Both the position numbers and the translations under genes were made by a program. Of a stretch of 64,000 nucleotides of DNA, positions 1-12,607 are shown piece by piece. Source of the DNA: Octopus sinensis (lineage: Eukaryota). The stretch spans positions 46,562,001-46,626,000 of the forward strand of contig NC_043014.1 of the NCBI RefSeq assembly GCF_006345805.1, given 5' to 3'. The notes beneath the pieces were generated by a model. The model saw only the letters and a list, made by a program, of their open reading frames with translations, made no database searches and was not told the origin of the DNA. Positions within the stretch are counted from its first letter, which is position 1; each line of letters begins with the position of its first letter.

Positions 1-489
1 ATATGAAAATTTCCTGACTCCCTTCCCATCAGAAAACAGCTTCAGGAGTTGTGAAGAACCAATTTGTACATAGTCTGTTTCCGAGAGCTATTCTATTGGA
101 CCTCTGTCTAATCATTAAAACATTGATTTAATTATGAACATAGAAAGAAATTATACATTAATCCCTATTTTTGTAAGCAGTTGTATCTGTGAAAAAAATT
201 TATTTGCAGAAGAAAGAGGGGAATTCCATTAGAAAAAGTTTCAAGTGATTTTCTAAGTAACTATGGGGGCTAGGAAAAAAATACAAACTGCATTCCAATC
301 TATGCACCTGTTTCCACATGTGTGCCATTTTTCAGGTGAATCCACTCAGCCGTTTGGCTGTGAACCTCAAGACAAGAAAGAATACAACGATCGCCCATGT
401 CCAATTTATATTATAGAGTAGAAATGATATTTTGCTTTGTGACTCATTTGAATCTTATTAACACTGTCCCTTTGTTTGCTACATCTTAG

Positions 490-591
490 CTGTTGTCCAC
501 CGCTATCGACTCAGGAACTGACACAGCTCTGGAGAAGGCAAGAGAAGATACAGACCAACCAGGTCAACATCAAGACTCTACACCATCGCCT
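490..591 (+). CDS. PIEZO: PIEZO exon (LLSTAIDSGTDTALEKARE...TPSP), phase 0-0
   Basis: cttag acceptor, gtaagt donor, 102 nt open; position fits the post-beam segment. Confidence 0.8.
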
Positions 592-3500
592 GTAAGTAAA
601 TAAGAGATGATGCAAGATTATCTGTTTTATAGCTTCTCTTTTTTTTTAATAAATCTGTTGTTTCTTGTTTTAACCTTTAGCGTTCGGATACTCTGTCAAA
701 CGTAATGCTTATTGGTTTGCAGTGTTTTGAATCATGAATTATCTTGTAGCTTCAAGATTTTGATAATGTGATTGTTTACTTTTAGAATGACACTGTGTAG
801 GATAGATGTGAGAGGCCAGAGCTGGCCAATTTGAACATAAAATGGGTAGAATACCTGGACCTGATATCTGATACCTGGTCTAAATGCTAAGTGGTTAAAC
901 AGTTCATTATTTACATTAGACAGATATTTGTCCTCATCTTGTTTGTTGTTAACCCTTTTAATACCAACCCAGCTGAAACTACTTCTGGCTCTGTAGTACA
1001 AATGTCTTGTTTTCATAAGTTTTGAATAAAAATCTTCCACCAAACCTTAGTCACAATTTATGTTCCTAACACTAGCTTAATAATAACCAAGTTAGTTTAC
1101 TAAATTCTTTGTTATATTTAAAATAAATTGAAAGAAACACAGAGCATCTCCAAATAAATACAGTAACGAATGGATTAAATATATAATAGAGAAACAATTC
1201 TTAACCCTTTTGATACCAACCCAGCTGAAACCGGCTCTGGCTCTGTAGTACAAATGTCTTGTTTTCATAAGTTTTGAATTAAAATCTTCCACCACTCTTT
1301 AGTCACAATTTATTTTCCTAATACTAGCCTAATGATAACTAAGTTATTGTACCAAATTCTTTATTATATTTATTATATTTATTATATTAAATGAAAGAAA
1401 CACAGAGCATCTCAACAGAAATACAGTAATGAAAGGGTTAATGTGTTAACAACAAAGAAGATGACAAATATCCATCAAATGTAAATAATGTACACAATTC
1501 CTCATCTCAGATATAGAAACTGGTTAAACAGTTGTTACTTATCATAACACTACTTCAGCTTTTGTTGCAATTAAGTACACTGTATGGTTGAATTCAATTA
1601 TATTTCTCCAGTTGCATTCGGCATCTTCTGGCAGAAACGTTAGCACGCCGGGCAAAATGCTTAGCAGTATTTCGTCTGCCGTTACGTTCTGAGTTCAAAT
1701 TCCGCCGAAGTCGACTTTGCCTTTCATCCTTTCGGGGTCGATAAATTAAGTACCAGTCACGCACTGGGGTCGATGTAGTCGACTTAATCCGTTTGTTCTT
1801 GTTTGTCCCCTCTGTGTTTAGCCCCTTGTGGGCAATAAATAAATAGGTATTTCGTCTGCTGTTACGGTCTGAGTTCAAATTCCGCTGAGGTCGACTTTGC
1901 CTTTCATCCTTTCGGGGTCGATAAATTAAGTACCAGTTACGCACTGGGGTCGATGTAATCGATTTAATCCGGTTGTCTCTCCTTGTTTGTCCCCTCTGTG
2001 TTTAGCCCCTTGTGGGTAGTAAAGAAATATATTATTGTTATTGTACAAAATAAGAAAATGAGTGTAATTATTGTACTGTATTAATGTCTAATCTTAATGC
2101 TCTTGTGTAGTGTTTTAATAAAGTATGTGATTCGGTATTATCTGATAGTTGATAAATGATTTAGATGTATTTCTCCATTTTCTTATTTTGTATTATTAAT
2201 TTATGGTAAAAATAATTTTACCGTTGCCCACCTAATACAGTAAATGAATTAATTGCATCGCAATTCTTAACATTTATGTATTAGCTTTGTTGGGTACTTC
2301 TCTAGCAGTATATTGGATATATGTTATCCCATGGAGGGTTGAATTTACAACCCCTATCTCATTTTATAATTATTGTTATTGTAAATATTTCACACAAATT
2401 CCTTTCAATCTTTCCCTTCTTTCATTTAAGAAACGCATCGCGATCGACATGGGATCTTCCGTTGATAAGGTTGAAGATGAAGAAACTACTAAACCTAAAG
2501 GTTTGTTGCAGTTTGTTTGGTATTTTAATTGTCGGTCTTTTTATCTTTTACTAGTAGTATCGCCCGGCGTTGCTCGGGTTTGTAAGGGAAATAACTATAC
2601 AGCATTTTTAGAGAGTTATAGCCAAAAAATAGCAAAAAAATGCATTAAAAATGGAAAAAAAATTGATGGTAAATTTTTTAAAAATCGTGATTGTTCATCG
2701 TAGACATTTTTAGAGAGTTACTTCCCTTTAAAAAATATGCATGAAAATGGAAAAAAATGATGGTAAAATATTTTAAAATTGTAGACTCATCGTAGACGCG
2801 CGCTAATACCAAAGGCTCGATATGAATCACGACTATAAGATACCCGGTTTTGGTTAAACTGCACCGCAAAATGTGGGAGTAGTTAGGAATCTAAATCGAA
2901 GGGGACAGACACTCACACAACTACATCATCATCATCATCGTCGTTTAACGTCCGTTCTCCATGCTAGCATGGGTTGGACGGTTCGACCGGGGTTCTGGGA
3001 AGCCAGAAGGCTGCACCAGGCTCCAGTCTAATTTGGCAATGTTTCTACAGCTGGATGCCCTTCCTAACGCCAACCACTCCGTGAGTGTAGTGGGTGCTTT
3101 TTACGTGCCACCTGCACAGGTGCCAGGCGGGGCTGGCAACGGCCACGGTCAGATTGGTGTATTTTATGTGCCACCGGCACGGAAGCCAGTCGAGGCGGTG
3201 CTGGCATCGGCCACGAGTCGGATAGTGCTTTTTACGTACCACCAGACCAGGGATCCTGGCTGGTTCAATTCGATTTCGATTCGCTTGCCCCAACATGTCT
3301 TCACAAGCAAAGGGGGTTGGCAAGGGTGCCTGTCGTACGGTCGCATTGGAGTATTTTACGTGCCACGGCCACGAGTCGGATAGTGCTTTACGTACCACCA
3401 GACCAGGGATCCTGGCTGGTTCAATTCGATTTCGATTTCGCTTGCCCCAACATGTCTTCACAAGCAAAGGGGGTTGGCATGGGTGCCTGTCGTACGGTCG

Positions 3501-6500
3501 CATTGGAGTATTTTACGTGCCACGGCCCCGAGTCGGATAGTGCTTTTTACGTACCACCAGGCCAGGGATCCTGGCTGGTTCAATTCGGTTTCGATTTCGA
3601 TTTCGATTTCGCTTGCCCCAACATGTCTTCGCAAGCATGGGGGGTTGGGATGGGTGTCTGTCGTCGGATGAGGTTCTATATCGACTTCGCTTGCCTCAAC
3701 CGGTCTTTGTGTCCAAGGGAGGAAAGGCATTCATAAGTGGGCTGGGCTCACTTGTCCTGCCTGGTCTTCTCACGTACAGAATATTTCCAAAGGTCTCGGT
3801 CTCTGGTCATTTCCTCAGTGAGGCCTAAAGTTCGAAGGTCGTGCTTCACCACCTCGTCCCAGGTTTTCCTGGGTCTACCTCTTCCACGGGTTCCCTCAAC
3901 TGCTAGGGATTGGCACTTTCTCACACACCTATCTTCATCCATTCTCGCCACATGACCATACCAGCGCAATCGTCTCTCTTGCACACCACAACTGATGCTT
4001 CTTAGGTACAACATTTCTCTCAAGGTGCTAACGCTCTGTCGAGTATGTACACTGACATTACACATCCATCGGAGCATACTGGCTTCATTCCTCACGAGCT
4101 TACGCATGTCCTCAGCAGTCACAGCCCATGTTTCGCTGCCATGTAGCATGGCTGTTCGTACACACGCATCATACAGTCTGCCTTTTACTCTGAGCGAGAG
4201 GCCTTTAGTCACCAGCAGAGGTAAGAGCTCCCTAAACTTTGCCCAGGCTATTCTTATTCCTCTAGCAGTTACACTTTCAGCGCACCCACCCCCACTACTG
4301 ACTTGGTCACCTAGATAACGGAAGCTATCAACTACTTCTAGTTTTTCCCCCTGGAAAGTGACGGAAGTTGTTTTCTGCAGATTTTCGGAGGTTAATGCTC
4401 CCGAGCATCTGCCACATACAAAAACTATCTTCCCAGGTAGCCTACCTTTGACATTGCTGCACCTCTTATGTGTCCATAGCTTACACTGGGTACATCTTAT
4501 AGAGAGTTTCTACCTACACCTTTTCTACAGATCGAGCAGGGCCATCTTCCTGAAGATATTTGTGGATTGTCTACCTTTCTACTTATTAGTACTTTGGTTT
4601 TAGCTAGGTTGACTCTAAGGCCCCTTGATTCTAACCCTCCTTCCACACCTGGAACTTCTCCTCCAGTTCTGATAGTGACTCAGCAATAAGAGCAAGGTCG
4701 TCAGCGTAGAGGAGCTCCCAGGGACAGCCTGTCTTGAATTCCTCCGTAATTGCCTGGAGTACTATGATAAATAGGAGGGGGCTGAGTACTGAACCCTGGT
4801 GGACCCCAACCTCTACTTTGAATTCTTCTGTGTACATGTTGCCAACCCTAACCTTACTTACGGCATCTCTGTACATGGCTTGCACAGTCCTCACCAGCCA
4901 TTCATCTATCCCTAGTTTCCTCATTGACCACCAGATAAGGGATCGGGGGACCCTATCAAAAGCTTTCTCCATGTCAACGAAAGCCAGGTACAGGGGCTTA
5001 TCTTTGGCTAGGTATTTCTCCTGCAGCTGCCTTACCAGGAATATAGCATCAGTGGTACTTTTTCCTGGCACGAACCCAAACTGCATCTCATCTAAACTAA
5101 CTCTCTCTCTAATTAGTTGGGCTATGACCCTCTCCGTAACCTTCATTACTTGATCCAACAGCTTGATACCTCTGTAATTATTTGTATCTAGGGCATCACT
5201 TTACCTTTGTAGCAGTTGACTAGTATGCTGCTGCACCAGTCATTGGGTATGACTCCTTCGTGTATCACCTGGTTGACTATACGGGTGACTAGGTTATAGC
5301 CGACACTGCCAGATATTTTGAGCATCTCTGCAGTAATTCCTGATGGGCCTGGGGCTTTCCCTGTCTTCATGCTTCTAATTGCCTTAGCTACCACGGAACT
5401 ATCAACTCGGATAGCTGGTCCCTCTGTAGGGTCAACATTCGGCAGACTCTCTTTATCCCATTCATTTTCCTCATTCAGTAACCTTTCATAGTGGCGTCTC
5501 CAAGCTTCTCTCTTTGCATCCTCATTTAGCGCAAGTGAACCATCCTCCATGCGAACACATTTCTCTCCTACCACATCACGATTCTCTCTCACACACTGTC
5601 TTGCAACACGAAATACCTCAAGTCTTTCATCCTCACGGCGCAGGACATTGGCAAATTTCTCTTATCTGCTTCCCCTCTGGCTAGATAGACCTGTCTCCTA
5701 GCTTCCCTTCTGGCAGTCTGATACCCTTCCCTGCTACCACCGTTCTTCCAGGCCTTCCAAGCCTGTTTCTTTTGTCTAATAGCCCTGTCAACAATATTGT
5801 TCCACCACCACGTTATTTTGGGTCTTAAGGGGACTTTGCACCAGCCACAGATCTGGTCAGCGGCTTTCAGCAGGTTGTCCCTCAGAAACGTCCAGTTGTC
5901 TTCTACCCCATGTGTAGCTATACCCCCTTCCACTTCGTCAAAGGCTTCAAGTAACATATCTCTAAATCTCTGTCCATTCGCAGGGGCTTTAAGCTTCCAG
6001 ACCCTTCTTCTCCATGTTGGTCGTCTTCTAGTCGCCCTCTTTGTCCTGATCCTAAAGTCACTAACTACCAGTCTATGTTGTGGGGTGCATTCTTCACCTG
6101 GGAAGGTTTTGGCATTTATAAGCAGCCATCTTTCCCTTTTTCTGGCAAGGATGTAGTCGATTTGGCTAGTATGCCGGCCCGATCGGTATGTGATCGGTAG
6201 GTGACCAGGTGCTTGTCGGTTTCCTGAAGTTAGTGTTGCAAATCATAAGACTATTCGCATCATCGAGAACTCCAGCAGCCTGGTTCCCTCCTCGTTGCGG
6301 GAACCATAACCGTAGCCTCCATGCACGCCATGGAAGCCCCCAGCACGTCGTCCAACATGCCCATTGAAGTCACCAGCCACAAAGAGAAGGTCCCTGTCGT
6401 TCGTCAATGATGTGGTCTGCAGTAAGGTGTCATAGAAACAGTCTTTCTGTCCATCAGGTAGCCCTGGCTGAGGGGCATAGGCCGATATAATAGTTGCTAA

Positions 6501-9500
6501 ACTATGGTGGAGCACTAATCTAATCTTAATTATTCTGTCACTTACTCTGACTACTCTCGATTACCTTATCTACCCATTTTTCGGCGATAAGCATGCCCAC
6601 ACCCCCGACTCCGTCAGTATTCCCAGCCCAGAAAATCTTGTACCTCTGTCCTTTGCCTGTGAGGAACCTAGCAGAACCTCCTCTCCACCTCACTTCTTGA
6701 ATGCAGCATATATCAACCCACCTCCGTTCAAGCAATTCAACTATCTCGCCAGATCTGCCTTTCAGTGTGCCGACGTTGAGGGTGCCAACCCTGAGGCTGT
6801 GGGTGGGGGTGGAAGTGGTATTGGTCCTAATAGCGTCATGTACCTGAAAAGAAAACTCGCGTTTGGCAGTATTCATAGACAAACAATGGAACTTAAGTTC
6901 AAACCTCGTATACAACACTAAACATATCTTGCAATGACTGACCACTACCTTTTATGGAAGGAGGTGGGGGTGGCGTATGACTTTGAGTGTATAAGGGAGA
7001 CAAGGATGAGAAAAATTTAGGACTTCCTGTACCGGTGGTGGGGGTGGGAGGGCAGGTGCACCGCGAAAACCGGGCGGCAGCCATTCCTTTCTTAGGAGAG
7101 AAATAGTTATTAGTAGCTATAAATAAATACCTAAATTTTGCCTAATCTATGGGAGAAGCGTGGACGATAAGGAGCTATAAATTATAAATACATTTATTCT
7201 ATATCTACGAGGCGTGAGACTGATCGATAAAATAAAATAAAATTAGGGGCAAGCTTTAAGATTAAATATATATTTAACACAAGACATGAGACAACGATAT
7301 ATAATTAAGATGAACTATAGAATTATATGTACATATAAAAAGACACAAGGCGTGAGGCTAAATTTCACAAGTCATAACAATAATACTAATAGAGATAAAA
7401 CAGGGCTAACTAAAAGATCAGATCAGTTGCAGATAGTTAAGTAGGTACACGGGTTGAAATTAAATATAGATTGCTTAGCTTGGATTCATATTTCGTATTT
7501 CGTATTTTTCGTAGGGAGTCGGATACCAGTCTGAATTCAAGTGAGGCCGTTGAAATCAGTCGCTGGTTTATATGCATATAGGGTTGCGGAGAGAGGGGCC
7601 GAATGGCGATCGAAAGAGATATAAGACAATTGAAGAGGAACGGGGGGGGGGGGGGGGGTCGTGGCCCACCAAGAATCGTCCGGCAGCCATTCCTTTCTTA
7701 GGAGAGAAATAGTTATTAGTAGCTATAAATAAATACAGTTTTATATATATAGATGTGTTTCAGTCATTGGATTACAGCCATGCTGGGGCACTACTTAGAA
7801 GTGTTTTAATCAAACAAACCCACCCCAGTACTTGCTTTTAAGTCTGGTTAGAGCATCAGGCTCAGAATCATGAGGTAGTGAGTTCGATTCCTGGACCAGG
7901 CTGTGTATTGTGTTCTTGAGCAAGACACTTTATTTCATGTTGCTCCAGTTCACTCAGCTGTAGCAATGAGTTGCAGCATCACTGGTGCCAAGCTGTATCG
8001 GCCCCTTTGCCTTTCCCTCGGATAACATCAGTGGTGTGGAGAGGAGAGGCTGGTATGCATGGACGACTGCTGGTCTTCCATAAGCAACCTTGGACTTGTG
8101 CCTGGGAGGGTAACTTTCTAGGTGCAATCCCATGGTCATTCATGACCAAAGGGGTCCTTTACCCTTTACTTATTCTAGCAGTCTCTTTTACTGCAAAGGG
8201 GCACGAGTGCTGATCTTCATAACTGGTTGAAATCTTTCATTCTCAGTTGAAAAGAGGTAGTTGCACTTTTAGGACCACTCTATTTCTTATGCAGTGCCAT
8301 CTGGTGTCCTGCAGTTTTCTTTGTTGCATATGTTAATGAAATAGATACCAAATTGAAGTATGTTATTTTTATAAATAATGCAAACAACATCAGGCTGTCA
8401 AGAGATAAAAAGTGTATTGTGCATCTTTCTTTACTTAACTTTTGGCTGCTTTCGGTTCCTTCTTTTACCCCTTTTCTGATGAGCTGTAGTGCATCTGAGA
8501 ACTATATGCAATCTCTTTACTATTTGCATAGGCGCAGGAGTGGCTGTGTGGTAAGTCGCTTGCTTACCAACCACATGGTTCCAGGTTCAGTCCCACTGCG
8601 TGGCACCTTGGGCAAGTGTCTTCTAAAATACCCCCGGGCTGACCAAAACCTTGTGAATGGATTTGGCAGACAGAAATTGAAAGAAGCCTGTTGTATATGT
8701 GTATGTGTATGTATATGTGTGTGTGTATGTATGTATATGTGTGTATATGTATGTATATGTGTGTGTTTGTGTATATGTTTGTGTGTCTGTGTTTGTCCCC
8801 ACCACCATCACTTGGCAACTGATGCTGGTGTGTTTACGTCCCTGTAACTTAGCAGTTCGGCAAAAGACACCAACAGAATAAGTACTAAGCTTACAAAGAA
8901 CAAGTCCTGGGGTCGATTTGTTAAACTAAAGGCGGTGCTCCAGCATGGCCGCAGTCAAATGACTGAAACAAAAAACGAACACACACACACACACACACAC
9001 ATCCACATCACATTTACTGTATAGATTGTATCATCATCATCATCATCATCATCGTTTAACGTCCGTTCTCCATGCTAGCACGGGTTGGATGGTTCGACCG
9101 GGGATCTGGGAAGCCAGAAGGCTGCACCAGGCTCCGGTCTTATCTGGCAATGTTTCTACAGCTGGATGCCCTTCCTAACACCTATGTATGTCTATAGATA
9201 ACAGAATTGTTTGTAAAAAGAGCTTATTTATGTGAAGAGAAATGGAATTGCTGAATAAAGATGGTGACTTGACTTTTTTGTCTGCTTTCTTTCCAGAGTC
9301 TCTCTGCTCAAAGATTTCCAATAGCTTCAATTTATTCATCGCTATCCTAGTTAGCATGGCAAACTGGCTTATTAAATTCTTCAATAGAATATCTAGGAAT
9401 TACCGACGTGTCGCTTATACTTTGACTGATGACATGAGGAAAGAGAAGTTGAAAATACAGGTTAGTTCTTTTTTATTAATATGTTTTGTAATACTTCATG

Positions 9501-12500
9501 TATTGGTTATATTAACATGTATTCCATCATCATCATCATTTGACATCCATTTTCCATACTGGCATGAGGTGAACAGTTTGACAGGAGCTCACAAGCCAAA
9601 GAACTGCACCAGGCTCCAGTTGTTCGCTTTGGCACGGTTTCTATGGCTGGATGCCCTTCCTAACACCAACCACTTTATAGAGTGTACTAGATGCTTTTTA
9701 TGTGTGTGGAGGCACATGGCCTACTGGTTAGAGAAGCGGACTTGTGATCGAGGGATCGCGGGTTCAAATCTCCGACTGGGCGATGTGTGTGTTTATGAGC
9801 GAAAGCACCTAAGCTCCACGCGGATCCGGCAGAAGGTAATGGTGAACTTCTGCTGTGGAGGCACATGGCCCACTGGTTAGAGCAGTGGACTCACGATCGA
9901 GGGATCGCGGGTTCAAATCTCCGACTGGGCGATGTGTGTGTTTATGAGCGAAACTCCTAAGCTTCACGCAGCTCCTGCAGAAGGTAATGGTGAACTTCTG
10001 CTGACCCTTTCACCACAACTTTCTCTCACTCTTTCCTCGTGCATCTTGCAGCTCACCTGCGTCCCATCTAGGTGGGGGACCTATACGCCAAAGAAACCGG
10101 GAAACCGGCCCTTATGAGCCAGGCATGGCTTGTGAAGGAACAAACAAACAGTACAGGTGCTTTTTATGTGGTGCCATCAAGGGTGCTTTATATGTGTCAC
10201 ATATATTATTTCTTGGTGGGCTCTCTGATGTGTTGGATCTTGTAAAACTGTCCAGCCAATACCAATATGGAAGACAGATGTTAAATGATACGTTTATATA
10301 TTTGTTTTGCAAGATTTTTGATGTGATATCGTGTGTTGAAACAGATATTGTTGTATTTAGGAATGGTCATTTTGCCAGTTTAGCCAAATGGTTGACTGTT
10401 AGTAAGGAGAGACACACAAATAAGAAAGAACAAAGCAAAGGACCACTGATGCAGTCACAGGAGTGTGACGAAAGAACTCTGGCCGAAATAAGATTAAGAT
10501 TAATGTAAAAAAAATAAATAACGCTGAAGCAAAGTAACACCAAATATATAGTGCGTGTGTTTTTATTGGCTAAACTGGCAAAATTACCATACCGAAATAC
10601 AACAATAGATGTTAAATGATTATTGTTGAATGTCAAAGATTCATTATCACATACCACTTGTTCAATATTAATTAGAAAATAATTCGTACTATATTAATTC
10701 CTTGTATAAGATATTATTAACACATCCTTAAGGTGGTGAGCTGGCAGAAATGTTAGCATGCCAGGTGAAACACTTAGTGGTATTTCATCTGTCTTTACTT
10801 TCTGAGTTCAAATTCTGTTGAGATCGACTTTGCCTTTCATCCTTTCGGGGTTGATAAATTGAGTATCAGTTGTATACTGGGGTCAATCTAATCTACTGCC
10901 CCACCTTCCTGTTCATGCAGTTTTTGGTTACTTATTCTGATGAATTGTAGAGCATCTGAGCACTATATACAATAAGTTCATTATTATTATTATTATTATT
11001 ATTTTAAAAAAAAACTTGGTTTTTTTCCTTTTTCTTTCAGGCTGAGAAGTTGACATTTTTATCCTTATCGGCAATGGAAGAAGGCATAACAACTGTTGAT
11101 TCCAAAGAGGCTGTTACCAGAGCAGCAGAAGACATGTAAGAAATATATTAAATGTTTTCCTTTTTTTTTTTATATATGAAGATAACATTTTATTTATAAT
11201 GATAACCTCCAAGTACTAGGCTTACAAAGAATAAATCCTGGGGTCGATTTGCTTGACTAAAGGTGTTAAGTTAAGTTAAGTTAATTTGGCTCAAAAAGCA
11301 AAAAGCAAGGCCATGTAGGGGGACATGGAATTATGTACAGGGTGGTGTTCATGCAAAGAGTTCAGGCCATTTCTGGTCAAGAGAGACCTTGAACCGAGCG
11401 GTCGTCGGCATCTTCACTATCTCGTCTGGCAGCTTATTCCACGGGTCCGCAACCCGGATGGTGAAAGCCCCTCTCCTTCGATTGAGATGAAATCGTCGCA
11501 GATAGAGCTTCTCCAGCATGGCTGCAGTCGAATGACTGAAACAAGTAAAAGAGAAAGAAACTTAAGCTGCAATTTCTGTATAGCTTACAATATTTAAAAC
11601 TCATTGCTGTATTCATTGACCAGGTGTGTTTCAGGGAGCCATCAGTAACTGACATAAGTTACATTATATTGAAGCACTGATCTGAAACTGTGCTACAGGT
11701 AAACCAGTAAAGATTAAGATAAACTTTTTGCACAGCTTGAGAATGTATGAAATGACTTGTTCATTCCTTTTGTCTCTTGCAGCGGCGTTAACAAAATAGC
11801 AGTGGATATAGACACTACGCCAGAAACTGACATCAAAAAGTCTTTCACCAAGACAAAGTAAGTATTTCACACACACACACACACACACACATGCACGATG
11901 GCATGCAAACTTTGCAATAGGTATTGTCTTGTGTTAAGTGGGAGCCAGGGGTTTGCCATAGTCTGTTAGACTAAGAGAAAAAAAGAGGTCAATACCACTA
12001 CAAAATGGAAAGGTTATGCAAGTTAGAGTAACTGATATATATATATATATATATACTAGCAGTATTACCCGGCTTTGCAAAATGGTCACATTTAATCCAA
12101 AGTGTTAAAAATGTTATGAAAACAATTGGTATATGTTCACAAAGTCCAAACGATTAATACGAAAAAACCCTCCAGGCTACATCCCGAAAATTCCTTTCTT
12201 TGCTGAATTTCTACAATGTTTACGGCGATTCATTTTTATATCTTGATTTTTTATTTTTCATGCAATTTATGCATGCTTGCAAGTGTGGTGAGCACAGTTC
12301 ACGTCAAACAGCTGACTGAGTAAAGTTCACTATTCAATGCATGGGATAAGGCCTAAACAAACACATTATAGATTTTTGCACTTGCGAGATGAATTTCGGA
12401 ACAGAAATAGTGCAGTTCAATTTTCATTCGCCTAAACTTTAAGTGACCCATTTTTGGTGGTTCTACGATTTGTTGGCTAGGAGGAGATGTGCCGGGAAGT

Positions 12501-12548
12501 TAAACACACAGATATACACACAGACACACAAGTTGAGTTTTATATATA

Positions 12549-12607
<59 letters not shown>

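Noticed and set aside
336-420. Possible additional PIEZO exon after the ttttcag at 335
   Set aside because: Acceptor-like, but there is no convincing donor before in-frame stops and the peptides are unrecognisable; left unannotated.
732-1295. Recurring MVEDFNSKLMKTRH ORFs (also 13893, 14247)
   Set aside because: Chance frames in the non-coding piggyBac-like MITE.
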